Positions 18,705 through 27,850 are shown, numbered from the stretch's first letter. The stretch: 56,969 nucleotides of DNA from an uncultured virus (IMG/VR IMGVR_UViG_2061766007_000461) (IMGVR_UViG_2061766007_000461); one strand, 5' to 3'. A program made the numbers and translations. The notes: generated from the sequence alone by a model not told the origin.

Positions 18705-19071
18705 CCGCAACGACCGCGTCAAACAGCGCGCAGAATAGCTGGTGCGCAGCCTTGATGTAGCTGTTTGACTTGTTCAGGTACCGCGATGAGTATACCTCTT
18801 TGATCTGGGACGGCCTCACATCCGTGACAAGCTCATCCCCCACCGCGTCAGTCAGTTTCCGCAGNNNNNNNNNNNNNNNNNNNNNNNNNNNNNNNNNNNN
18901 NNNNNNNNNNNNNNNNNNNNNNNNNNNNNNNNNNNNNNNNNNNNNNNNNNNNNNNNNNNNNCGCTTATACTCGTCTCGCTGGGCAAGCGCGTCTTCCTCA
19001 GAGATATACGAATAAAACCATTGATCTTTATACCGGCAGGCAAATCTTCCGTCTGCCCGCTGTTTCAAGTG
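18705..19071 (-). CDS. int: Tyrosine integrase N-terminal fragment (phage B)
   Basis: KQRADGRF..RYK..FYS...DALAQRDEY; VRPSQIKEVY...SNSYI...QLFCALFD aligns with 11035..12231. Confidence 0.85.
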
Positions 19072-19115
19072 NNNNNNNNNNNNNNNNNNATTGCCCTCAG
19101 ATTATCATTATTCTT

Positions 19116-19568
19116 TCAAAACAGCCGTCCTTCAATTCCTAACTTAACAAGAATGATGATAAGGAAAATCAGCATCGTCCAAGTCAGGACGCGATTGCGC
19201 CGCTTTATTCTCGACCTGATAATGTCCTTGATTTCCTCATCCGGAACGCCGACAAGGCGCTTGGGATCCTTCTTCACGATCCTTTTCAGCTCGCGGATCT
19301 CTCTTCTGGAAAGGCCATCCTCTTTCCTGACGCGCCCTTCAATTTCGTGCAAGCTTTGCGAGCTGGCCGCAGCTCTGACGCGTTTTGCTCTTTTGGCGCG
19401 GGATGTCACCTGCGTGGAGTAACTTAACCCTGATCCCGGGATTCCGACGGTAGCTCTTGTTCCGCGTCCGGAAACGTTCATTGNNNNNNNNNNNNNNNNN
19501 NNNNNNNTGCTGATATTCAGTTTCACACCCGGGAGCAATTTGATTTGTTTCCTGTACCGAAGGCCCAT
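19116..19568 (-). CDS. DUF4236-family membrane protein
   Basis: MGLRYRKQIKLLPGVKLNIS...GTRATVGIPGSGLSY; C-terminal TM. Confidence 0.8.
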   Translation of the reverse strand: MGLRYRKQIKLLPGVKLNISXXXXXXXXXMNVSGRGTRATVGIPGSGLSYSTQVTSRAKRAKRVRAAASSQSLHEIEGRVRKEDGLSRREIRELKRIVKKDPKRLVGVPDEEIKDIIRSRIKRRNRVLTWTMLIFLIIILVKLGIEGRLF

Positions 19569-19610
19569 GGCATCCCATCCTCTCTGCTGTTCCCAAAAAA
19601 GCGCGGATTA

Positions 19611-20234
19611 TCATTTCAGCATTCGAATAAACCCGACTGCAACACCTTGGATTATAGCATATTCGCAGTCATCCGGGGATAGCCGGATTGGGGCATATTT
19701 CCTGTTCTCAGATACGAGCATAATCTCATTCTCCCCGTAATAGACATGCTTGAGAGTGGCGCTTCCGTCAATCAGGACGGCCGCAATCTGTCCTTCCTCA
19801 ACTTCTTCGGCCCGCTTGATTAGAACCAGATCCCCGTCAAAGAACATGGGTTCCATGCTGTCTCCCTTGCAACGCAGCGCAAAATTAGCGCTGATTCCTT
19901 CCGGAAGATCCGCATACCCGTCAATATTTTCCTGAGCGTCAATAGGAGTACCGCAAGCAATAGCCCCGACGATAGGGACAGCATCTTTTCTTATAGGAAT
20001 AAAGTCACGGACGAAAGCTGGTTTGAGATTATCCGGGATCACATCATATCCGAGAATGACCGACATAGGCACATCCAGAAACGCGGAAAGCTTTTCAAGG
20101 TTTTCCCCTTTGGGATTCTTTTTGTTATTACACCAATCGCTTACGGTTGGCTGCGATACGCCGATGCTGATTGAAATCTCTTTCTGGCTGATCCCGAGAC
20201 GATCAATAAGTTCCTTAACGCGATTCATGCCCAT
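19611..20234 (-). CDS. CI/LexA-like repressor with S24 peptidase (phage B)
   Basis: HTH plus VPIVGAIACGTP, GDSMEP, ATLKH. Confidence 0.9.
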   Translation of the reverse strand: MGMNRVKELIDRLGISQKEISISIGVSQPTVSDWCNNKKNPKGENLEKLSAFLDVPMSVILGYDVIPDNLKPAFVRDFIPIRKDAVPIVGAIACGTPIDAQENIDGYADLPEGISANFALRCKGDSMEPMFFDGDLVLIKRAEEVEEGQIAAVLIDGSATLKHVYYGENEIMLVSENRKYAPIRLSPDDCEYAIIQGVAVGFIRMLK

Positions 20235-20311
20235 TGCCCTTTCTTCTGCCGTTCTTAATGAAAATNNNNNNNNNNNNNNNNNNNNNNGAAGAAAAAAATC
20301 ACTAAAAGCTA

Positions 20312-20340
20312 TTGACATGCGCTTAGCACTTAGCTATAAT
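20312..20340 (+). promoter_or_regulatory. Consensus sigma-A promoter with operator
   Basis: TTGACA-17bp-TATAAT; TAGCACTTAGC in the spacer recurs at 20560-20570. Confidence 0.85.
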
Positions 20341-20361
20341 TAGCCTCAGGAGGTGAACTAA

Positions 20362-20562
20362 ATGCGACTGAAGGAAATCCGGGAGAGCAAGAACATGAGT
20401 CAGGAACAGCTCTCCAAGCAGACCGGTCTGACTCAGCCCTTTATTTGCGAAATTGAGCGGGGCCGAAAGAATCCGAGTCTAAGCACACTGATCAAGGTAT
20501 CCAACGCCCTTGAGTGCTCGATAGACGATCTGATCGGAACCGAAGAACGTCGCAGGGCATAG
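20362..20562 (+). CDS. Cro-like XRE regulator
   Basis: 66-aa HTH. Confidence 0.9.
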   Translation: MRLKEIRESKNMSQEQLSKQTGLTQPFICEIERGRKNPSLSTLIKVSNALECSIDDLIGTEERRRA

Positions 20563-20604
20563 CACTTAGCCAAGAATAGCTTACCACGGAATGAGGGCAT
20601 CAGT

Positions 20605-21048
20605 ATGACTACATTCGACGGAAACGACCTGAAAAAGTGGCGGGATTCGCAGCGAATCAGNNNNNNNNNNNNNNNNNNNNNNNNNNNNNNNNNNNNNAGT
20701 ACCCTGTACCGCTACGAGAACGGCAAAATCAAACCGGATCCAGACGTGATGTACCAGATTTGCCGGGAACTTGGCGACGTTCGCAAGTGGGCCGTGTGGA
20801 TGCGGACAGAGTTCCCCAGCAGTTACGGCCGGATGCATCCTGAGCCGATCCTGTACGACCTGCCCGGCACCATCATGACGCTGTACTCCGAGGTCAGGGA
20901 TCTGGAAGAGCTCGAACGGAACGCGATGCGGGACGGCGCAGACGGCAAGATTGACAGCCTCTCCCTGCATGAGCAGATGCTCAAGGAAGTTACCGAGCTG
21001 ATCAAGGCCGCGCAAAGCGCCAAGGCAATCTTGGAGGACGGGAAATGA
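20605..21048 (+). CDS. XRE-HTH regulator (CII-like position)
   Basis: LKKWRD...STLYRYENGKIKPDPD. Confidence 0.65.
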   Translation: MTTFDGNDLKKWRDSQRIXXXXXXXXXXXXXSTLYRYENGKIKPDPDVMYQICRELGDVRKWAVWMRTEFPSSYGRMHPEPILYDLPGTIMTLYSEVRDLEELERNAMRDGADGKIDSLSLHEQMLKEVTELIKAAQSAKAILEDGK

Positions 21049-21225
21049 TGNNNNNNNNNNNNNNNNNNNNNNNNNNNNNTCAGTGCTCCCGGCAAACAGC
21101 AAGCCGCTACATGCGGAAGCTGGAACACATGGAAAAGCCGTTGACCGTCCGGGCCAGTGTGGTTGAGCAGTGGGAACGCGAACGCACGGTTAGGCCTCCG
21201 GAGGTAGTACGGCGGGAAATGATGC
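21045..21225 (+). CDS. Excisionase-like HTH fragment
   Basis: CSRQTASRYMRKLEHMEKPL, homologous to 14441..14686. Confidence 0.55.
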
Positions 21226-21576
21226 NNNNNNNNNNNNNNNNNNNNNNNNNNNNNNNNNNNNNNNNNNNNNNNNNNNNNNNNNNNNNCGGCAGTTACACGC
21301 TGGATAGCAGCACAATTCTCTGGGCTCGGACACGCGTTCAACAGATTGACGAAGCAGAGACTGAGATAGGGTGTGCGATTGAGCGCCTGATGGGTATTCC
21401 CGGGGATCTGCGGGGAAGCGCAATCCTGATGGACAACCAACCAGAATCCGACATGATGAGATCGTTTGCGGATGATGCTGAGAGGCTTGTGAACGACTTG
21501 CAGAGCCGGTTCCGCGGGATGCTGACAGACCGGGGAAAGCTCCGGGCGGCAATCCGGAGATGGGAGGGCAATAACC

Positions 21577-21783
21577 ATGATGATACCTGACGCGCCGTGG
21601 ATCCGGGAGGCAGAGATGTACGGGATGCCGCCTTATGACGATGATCCGGATCCCATTTGCCCGATTTGCGGGAAGGAATGCGAGACGATTTACACCGACA
21701 AGGATGGAGAGATCTTCGGTTGTGATAACTGTGTGACGCTGTGGGAAGCAGCAGAGTGGTGCGATGGGCACAGAGAGGAGTAA
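21577..21783 (+). CDS. Small Zn-finger protein
   Basis: CPICG...GCDNC. Confidence 0.7.
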   Translation: MMIPDAPWIREAEMYGMPPYDDDPDPICPICGKECETIYTDKDGEIFGCDNCVTLWEAAEWCDGHREE

Positions 21784-22086
21784 ATCAGATGGCAAACGTT
21801 GGCCGGTACACCTACTGCCCGATGGCGGGAAAGATCAAACGAGACACCCCGAATCCCCTGCGCTGGCTCCGGAAGCGGTTTTCCCGGCGGGAGGCTTACC
21901 CGCTGCACATTGTGGACTTCTGGCCCGCATGCTACCCCACAAAAAATGACCGCTGACAGTGGGCGGTCAGCGATCATCAGCGACTGAGGGCAATTCAGTC
22001 AGGCAATCCAAACGAACGGCAGTTCAAAAGGATCAATTCAATTATAACACGGGAATCCGACAAAAAGAATAGGAGGAATGAAAAAA

Positions 22087-22603
22087 ATGTCTGAGGTTCT
22101 GAAGGCNNNNNNNNNNNNNNNNNNNNNTCCAGTTCGACGTAACCGACGATGAAAAGGCCGAGTGGTGCCTGAAGAAGATCCGCGAGAAACAGGAAGAGCT
22201 TGCCATGTGGGAAGAGCATTACAAGAAGCAGCTCGACGGCATCAAGTTCCGGCTGAACGGCGACATTGATTACCTGAAGGTACTTCTTTCCAAGTACTTT
22301 GCCGCGCAGCAGGAAGCCGGGTGCACGAAGAAGACGAAGACCCAGACTTCCTACGCGCTGCCCACCGGCAAGCTGGTTATGAAGCATCAGGAGCCGTCCT
22401 ACGAGGTCAAGGATGAAGAGCTTGTGCCGTGGCTGGAAAAGGCCGCGCCCGAATTTGTGAAGGTCAAAAAGAGTGCTGATTGGGCCAGCCTCAAGAAATC
22501 CCTTGCGCAGTTCGGGGATCACATGATCACGGAAGACGGCGAAGCGGTTCCCGGCGTGACGGTAACTCCCCGACCCGACATTTTCAAAGTGGAGGTCAAG
22601 TAA
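22087..22603 (+). CDS. Mu Gam-like host-nuclease inhibitor (gapped)
   Basis: FDVTDDEKAEWCLKKI...SYALPTGKL...DWASLKK...GEAVPGVTV. Confidence 0.75.
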
Positions 22604-23428
22604 ATGGCAACGAAGACTGAGGGCATGAACATTTATCAGCTTATTGGTGTGGGCATGCGCATGATTGGCGCGATTGGCAAGGACTCGAAGAACCAGCAGC
22701 AGGGGTTCATGTACCGCGGAATTGACGCGGTATACAACGCCCTGAATCCGGTGCTCTCCGAGCTGGGAATTTTCATTACTCCCGAGGTGCTTGAGCAGAA
22801 ACGCGAAGAGCGGGTGAACGCGAAGGGCACCGTCCTGATTTACACGATCCTGACCATGCGGTACACGGTCTATGCGCCGGACGGCAGTAACGTCTCCCTG
22901 ACGGTGGTGGGCGAAGGGATGGATACCGGCGACAAGAGCACGAACAAGGCAATGTCCGTTGCGATGAAGTACGCCATGTTCCAGCTCTTCTGCATCCCGA
23001 CGGAAGAAATGAAGGATCCTGACGCGGATGTTTACACGGACGTGCTCCCACGCAGCCAGAAGCCACAAGTCCCGCAAACCGCACAGAAACCGGCCCCGCA
23101 GCCCCGCCAGCTGCCCGCACCGGCCAAGGGCGAAGTAACTATCACGCAGCAGCAGGCCGTGCCACAGGCCCAGCCAGATGCCACCAAGAAGACGCTGACA
23201 GAGGCCCAGACCTATCTCAACAATGAGATCGCGTTCATGGCCCAGCGCCTCGGGGTGGATGCGAAGCAGGCCAAGGCGATGTTCGCGAAGTACCGCAAGT
23301 CCCTGATTGACATGAAGGCAATCCCGGACGTGCAGAGCTCTGAGATGACCCGCGGACAGGCTGAGGCGCTGATGAAGGCAATTTACGCTAACTTTATTGA
23401 CAATCCTGAAGGGAAGCGGACGGCATGA
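22604..23428 (+). CDS. ERF-family single-strand annealing protein
   Basis: IGKD..N..QGF.YRGIDAVYN...GEGMDTGDKSTNKAMSVAMKYAMFQLFCIPT. Confidence 0.9.
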   Translation: MATKTEGMNIYQLIGVGMRMIGAIGKDSKNQQQGFMYRGIDAVYNALNPVLSELGIFITPEVLEQKREERVNAKGTVLIYTILTMRYTVYAPDGSNVSLTVVGEGMDTGDKSTNKAMSVAMKYAMFQLFCIPTEEMKDPDADVYTDVLPRSQKPQVPQTAQKPAPQPRQLPAPAKGEVTITQQQAVPQAQPDATKKTLTEAQTYLNNEIAFMAQRLGVDAKQAKAMFAKYRKSLIDMKAIPDVQSSEMTRGQAEALMKAIYANFIDNPEGKRTA

Positions 23429-23982
23429 TTGGACGGCTCCGGGATCTGACAAGAGGGTTTGGGAACGAACAGATTATCACTCTCTCCGTAAAGGCAGACT
23501 TCCGGGAGAAATACGATCAGCTCAAGGATATGGATCTCGATATTGAGATCAGGAGGCACCGGGAGACGCGAAGCAAGAGCGCAAACGCATACTTCCACGT
23601 GCTGGTAAACAAGATCGCCAACGAGACCGGTGAGAGTGACGAAGCCGTAAAAATCCGGCTGGTTACGGAATACGGCGTGGTGGACAAGTCCGAGGACGGG
23701 CTGGTGCTGGGATTCAAGCTCCCGGCATCAGTCCCACCGGAGCGGATCTACAAATACACCCGGTACATTGAGACTCGGACGGAAAATGGGAAGCTATTCA
23801 AGTGTTATCTGGTTCTAAAGGAAACACACGAGATGAATACAAAGGAAATGGCCAGACTGATTGACGGAACGATAGCTGAAGCAAAGGAGCTCGGGATCGA
23901 GACGGACACCCCGGAAACGCTGGCCAGACTCAGGGAACAGTGGGAAGCGTATGAGGCGACTCAGAGACGCAGAGCAATATAA
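23425..23982 (+). CDS. NinB-like recombination protein
   Basis: RSKSANAYFHVLVNKIA...NTKEMARLIDGTIAEAKELGI. Confidence 0.75.
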   Translation: MIGRLRDLTRGFGNEQIITLSVKADFREKYDQLKDMDLDIEIRRHRETRSKSANAYFHVLVNKIANETGESDEAVKIRLVTEYGVVDKSEDGLVLGFKLPASVPPERIYKYTRYIETRTENGKLFKCYLVLKETHEMNTKEMARLIDGTIAEAKELGIETDTPETLARLREQWEAYEATQRRRAI

Positions 23983-24003
23983 AAGAAAGTGAGGGCAATC
24001 ACA

Positions 24004-24702
24004 ATGGCAACTAAGGTTAAGGAACAGGAAATCATTTCCATTAAGCCGCTGAAGGTCAGCAAGGCAAAGATCACGATCGTTGGAGACTCTCCGCTGATTG
24101 TGCATGCATGGAGCGAGAAGGCAAAGAAAGAAATGCTGGAAGACCAGCAGAAGAACGGCAAAACCAAGAAGGCGAAAGAAATCCGCGACCCGTTTGCAGA
24201 GTTTATGGACGCGCTTTACTGGGTGACGGAAAAGCCAGAAGAATCCACGCCGGAAGAGTTTGAAAAAGCGTGGAGAGCGGGCGCGAAGTTTGGGTTCCCA
24301 CTGATTGCCATCAAACAGGCGGCGCTAAGCGCATGCTACCGAGCCGGATTGATCCCGAATCAAACCGGAATGAAGTCCGTTTTCTACCTGAACGCAGTTG
24401 ACGGAATCAACCCGGGGAGCGGCACAGAGCTTGGAGTGATTGAGACTGACGAGCCGCCCGTGTGCCGGGAGGACATGGTAAAGATTGGATCCCTGACGAA
24501 AGTCGCTAACCTTCGCTATCGCCCGTGCTTCAATCACTGGAAGATTCAGGTCGTAGTATCGCTGATTGAGGTAGGAACCTTCACGATGGCAAGCGTGATT
24601 AACGCTATCAACATGGGCGGGTTCATGAACGGGATTGGCGAGTGGAGAATGGAACGCGACGGGGACTTTGGACGATACCACGTCGAGATGGAGGGCGAAT
24701 AA
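24004..24702 (+). CDS. Cas7/RAMP-like RNA-binding protein #1 (stand-alone, phage-encoded)
   Basis: beta1 KITIVGDSPLIVH (cf. RAMP SPLHIG), FPLIAIKQA (cf. IPGSSLKGA), C-terminal G-rich loop GGFMNGIGEWR...GDFGRY. Confidence 0.75.
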   Translation: MATKVKEQEIISIKPLKVSKAKITIVGDSPLIVHAWSEKAKKEMLEDQQKNGKTKKAKEIRDPFAEFMDALYWVTEKPEESTPEEFEKAWRAGAKFGFPLIAIKQAALSACYRAGLIPNQTGMKSVFYLNAVDGINPGSGTELGVIETDEPPVCREDMVKIGSLTKVANLRYRPCFNHWKIQVVVSLIEVGTFTMASVINAINMGGFMNGIGEWRMERDGDFGRYHVEMEGE

Positions 24703-24703
24703 G

Positions 24704-25180
24704 ATGGCGGCATTTGAGTACGCATACTCCGATTACTTCAGCGCTTGCAAGGTTCAGGCGCAGACGGTTGGCGAGATCATGGAAGGATTGGAAAAGCAGG
24801 GAGAATTGAGCCCGAGAACGCTGCTTGACGCAAGCCGGGAGGCAAACTCCCCGCTCCACGAATACTTTGATTGGGACGATACGACAGCGGCAGAGAAGTG
24901 GAGACTGGAACAGGCGCGAGTCCTGATAGCAAACGTTCGGATTATCAGAAGCGATGACAAGCAGGAACGCGAAGCTTTGAAGGATCGGTGCTTCGTTCCG
25001 GCTACTGGTCAGAAAGGCGTATACGTTCACATGGATACAGCGTTGCACAAGGACGAATACCGGAAAAGGCTGTTGGAACAGGCGAGACGGGATTCAGAGA
25101 TATACATTGCAAAGTATCGCAGGATTGAGGAATTAGCAATGGTTGTGCAGGAAATGGAAAACTTCTTGAATGTAGGCTGA
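24704..25180 (+). CDS. Conserved partner protein between RAMP gene and array
   Basis: SPLHEYFDWDD..AAEKWRLEQARVLI; starts 1 nt after the RAMP stop. Confidence 0.75.
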   Translation: MAAFEYAYSDYFSACKVQAQTVGEIMEGLEKQGELSPRTLLDASREANSPLHEYFDWDDTTAAEKWRLEQARVLIANVRIIRSDDKQEREALKDRCFVPATGQKGVYVHMDTALHKDEYRKRLLEQARRDSEIYIAKYRRIEELAMVVQEMENFLNVG

Positions 25181-25192
25181 AGAAGCTGAGAC

Positions 25193-25502
25193 ATGGCTTG
25201 TCAGTCATGGATAGTTTTGGCTTGATCTGGACAGGTAGCGTTAGGCGCGGAAGGTCACGGCAGTCGAGGATTGTTTAGTTCTGGACAGGAGCGGAACGTT
25301 GTGGAGAGGCAGTCTTGGCTCGGAATTGAAAGGTGAGTTTTTGTGCGTAGCAGTTTGGAAAGTTCGGGTATGTTTCCGAGGGGAGAGGCAGTCAAGGATC
25401 GTCTTGGAACGTTGCGGATGGGTAGACCATGGAATGGAGCGGGTTGGCAGTCAGGGATAGTCTGGGAGTAGTTCGGATCGTAATGTTACGGTTAGGAAAG
25501 GA
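25193..25502 (+). ncRNA. 5-nt-periodic guide-like array (5 units, NN + GGA/GTT/GGY, delimiter GGCAGTC)
   Basis: Delimiters at 25200 (GTCAGTC), 25259, 25308, 25387, 25446; spacings 59, 49, 79, 59 = 5n+4; no ORF. RNA expression is inferred. Confidence 0.8.
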
Positions 25503-25510
25503 GTGACCGG

Positions 25511-25789
25511 ATGACTAAGAGCATCCTGCGGAATGAAAAAGAGTGCTATGTGTGCGGCGGGATGCGGGATCTGGAACGGCACCACGTGCTCGGCGGCACA
25601 GCCAACCGGAAGTTATCAGAAAAGCACGGTCTCTGGGTCTGGTTGTGCCGCGAGCACCACACCGGGAAATACGGCGCTCAGTATGACAACGCGCTCAACC
25701 TGAGGCTGAAGCAGGAAGCGCAGCGGGCATTTGAGGCGCTCCACGGCCATGAGCAGTGGATGCAGATATTCAGAAAAAACTATTTATGA
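25511..25789 (+). CDS. Small HNH/Zn-finger nuclease-like protein
   Basis: CYVCG...LERHHV.GG..NRKLSEKHGL.VWLCREHH. Confidence 0.75.
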   Translation: MTKSILRNEKECYVCGGMRDLERHHVLGGTANRKLSEKHGLWVWLCREHHTGKYGAQYDNALNLRLKQEAQRAFEALHGHEQWMQIFRKNYL

Positions 25790-25802
25790 GGAGGGCAATT
25801 CA

Positions 25803-26365
25803 ATGGTTCTGAAGGTGAAGGTCACGATGTTTGAAGAGATTCTTGGCACGGCAAGCGCGAATCCGGAGATTCACGAGGAGTTTATTGCCAGCAAGGCTCC
25901 GGACGCTCCGAGCCGGGAAGAAGAGGTCGCTGCAATTGGTGCGGAAGGCGTGTTCGAAAAGGGCATGACCGTGTTCCCCCGGGACGCGAACGGAAATCCG
26001 ATTGCGTGGGACTACCAGTGGAAAGGGTTCTTCAAGGATGCATGCGGCAGCTTGAGGAACGTTCCCGGCTCCGAGTGCAGCAAGATCAAGGCTTACAAAA
26101 AGCTGATTGACGGTCTTGTGTTCCCCCAGCCCCGGCAGATCCCGATCAAGTTTGACGGGCCTATGGGCATCTGTCAGCGGCCGCTCAGGGGCCAGACGGC
26201 TCAGGGTGAGCGTGTAGCGCTGGCCAGCAGTGAGAGCATACCGGCCGGTGCAACGATGGAGTTTGAAATCAAGCTGCTGAATCCTTCCCTCGAACCGGCA
26301 ATTCTTGAAATGCTGGAATACGGGGAGCTTCGCGGGTTCGGTCAGTGGAGGAACAGCGGCAAAGG
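25803..26365 (+). CDS. Cas7/RAMP-like protein #2 (different subfamily; end in gap)
   Basis: KVKVTMFEEILGT, DYQWKGFFKDAC, RPLR...ESIPAGATMEFEI, G-loop YGELRGFGQWRNSGKG. Confidence 0.75.
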
Positions 26366-26375
26366 NNNNNNNNNN

Positions 26376-26561
26376 CAACACCAATCAAACCGGAACAAAC
26401 GGAAGCAAACCGAAGCAAAGCGGAACAAAAAAAGTTCAGGAAGCCAACGGTGGAGGAAGTCCGGGACTATTGCCGGGAACGTGGAAACAAGGTGGACGCT
26501 CAAACGTTCATTGACTTCTATGAGAGCAAGGGCTGGCGGGTTGGAAACCAGCCGATGAAGG
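26376..26561 (+). CDS. Replication initiator middle/C-terminal fragment with iterons
   Basis: Iterons then FRKPTVEEVRDYCRERGNKVDAQTFIDFYESKGWRVGNQPMK; continuation of a DUF6291-type gene such as 18468. Confidence 0.8.
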
Positions 26562-26571
26562 NNNNNNNNNN

Positions 26572-26679
26572 GCAAAGGAAAGGCAGAGATCTGCTGGGCA
26601 GCGAATGGGTAAAGCTCAGAAATGACAGGCGACGGATAAGCTGGGAAGCGCTAGGCATTGGAAGAGCAGCGGACAGAAC
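26572..26679 (+). repeat. Second periodic array fragment (NN-xG[C/A] pentamers, ~26-31-nt units)
   Basis: G every 5 nt with a 6-nt step at xGG-NNN-(A/G)GC; bounded by gaps. Confidence 0.55.
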
Positions 26680-26689
26680 NNNNNNNNNN

Positions 26690-26777
26690 TGTTGATCCGG
26701 GTGACCCCCGTTGTCAAGCCCGTCACGATGATCCCAAACAGAATTTCCAACCAGTACTTGACGATGAACTCCAGCAT
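26690..26777 (-). CDS. Holin-like membrane protein, N-terminus
   Basis: Manual translation MLEFIVKYWLEILFGIIVTGLTTGV directly after endolysin. Confidence 0.55.
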
Positions 26778-26783
26778 AAAGCA

Positions 26784-27713
26784 TCACCCTTCCTTCACCG
26801 ATATTTTACCCGGAAACTCCTTCTGAAGTGAAGCTATCTGTTCAGCATTCAGCCCGGTAATTGTAGCCGTGTACGTTATTGGCTCATTTTGCTGGTCTAA
26901 GGCACTCCACGTCTGTTTCCCAACTATTCCGTCATCCTTCAGTCCGGAAGCCATCTGAAAAGCTTTTACGGCCTTTTCTGTGGCCTTTCCGAAATCACCA
27001 TCAACCCCCGCAGTTCCAAGGTCATATCCAAGGTTCAACAGCTTGGTCTGAAGAGCGGTCACCCATTCTCCCTTGCTTCCCCGCTTCAGGGTTGGGCGAT
27101 TGCTCTGCGGCTGTGCAGGAGTCCAGCCTGATTCCCCGGTTCCCTGATCGCTGGGATTGACAGGCTCAGTCTGCTGTTCGGGCGGCTTGATGCTTTCGTA
27201 ATCCGAATAGCTCACGCCCTTCAACTCACCCCAGTTCTCCCACTTTTTGTTGGTAACCTTGCTCTTGATAACTCCTGCGTTCGTTCCTTCGGCTTCAATT
27301 ACTTCCCCGTTCCCGATATACAGCCCCACATGGCTGTAAACGCCATCGCTTTCCCGGAGACAGAAAACAGCGGTTCCGGGCTTGAGGGCTTGCCCGTCCG
27401 TGCGCTTGCCGTTCACCATGGTTCCCTTGGAGGTACAGTATTTCAGGTACATCGTGTTGCTTCCGTGGCACATATAGCCGCCAAGCTTTTCGAACCAGTA
27501 CGTGAAAAGCCCGGAACAGTCGGTAACCCAATGGCCTACCCACTTCCCGCCGTTAAGTGCGCTGTTCTTCCGTTTCGGGTCATCCTTGTATTTTTTGTAA
27601 TAGCTGTCCTGATCTTCCTGCGTCCACATTTTGTGGGTCATTCCGTAGATATATCCCCACTTTTCCTTCAGCGAACTCTGGAACCCGGCTATCAAATCAT
27701 TTGGCTTTATCAC
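26784..27713 (-). CDS. Endolysin: NlpC/P60 + peptidoglycan-binding domain
   Basis: YIYG..DCSGL..HVGLYIGNG; TLKRGSKG..V..LQ..L...VDGDFG..T..AVK.FQ...GL..DGIVG..TW. Confidence 0.92.
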   Translation of the reverse strand: MIKPNDLIAGFQSSLKEKWGYIYGMTHKMWTQEDQDSYYKKYKDDPKRKNSALNGGKWVGHWVTDCSGLFTYWFEKLGGYMCHGSNTMYLKYCTSKGTMVNGKRTDGQALKPGTAVFCLRESDGVYSHVGLYIGNGEVIEAEGTNAGVIKSKVTNKKWENWGELKGVSYSDYESIKPPEQQTEPVNPSDQGTGESGWTPAQPQSNRPTLKRGSKGEWVTALQTKLLNLGYDLGTAGVDGDFGKATEKAVKAFQMASGLKDDGIVGKQTWSALDQQNEPITYTATITGLNAEQIASLQKEFPGKISVKEG

Positions 27714-27834
27714 GTCTCATTCTCCTTTCTTCCCGGTCATCCTCTTCCGATGCGATTGCGAACAATCCCATCATCATCGCTCCGATGAGCGTTCCAATCA
27801 GCAGAGCGGGTAACAGCCACCAGATATCAACCAT
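27697..27834 (-). CDS. Small TM protein
   Basis: MVDIWWLLPALLIGTLIGAMMMGLFAIA. Confidence 0.6.
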   Translation of the reverse strand: MVDIWWLLPALLIGTLIGAMMMGLFAIASEEDDREERRMRRDKAK

Positions 27835-27850
27835 AAGCTCACATCCTTTC

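Noticed and set aside
19021..19050. Self-target of array unit 2 in integrase B (..FACRYKD..)
   Set aside because: Only 4 of 9 dinucleotides match (GC, TG, TA, AA); the Arg codon is CGG not AGn and the flanks differ
25193..25502. Canonical CRISPR array
   Set aside because: The only exact repeat is 7 nt, there are no 23-47-nt direct repeats, and no adaptation or nuclease cas genes
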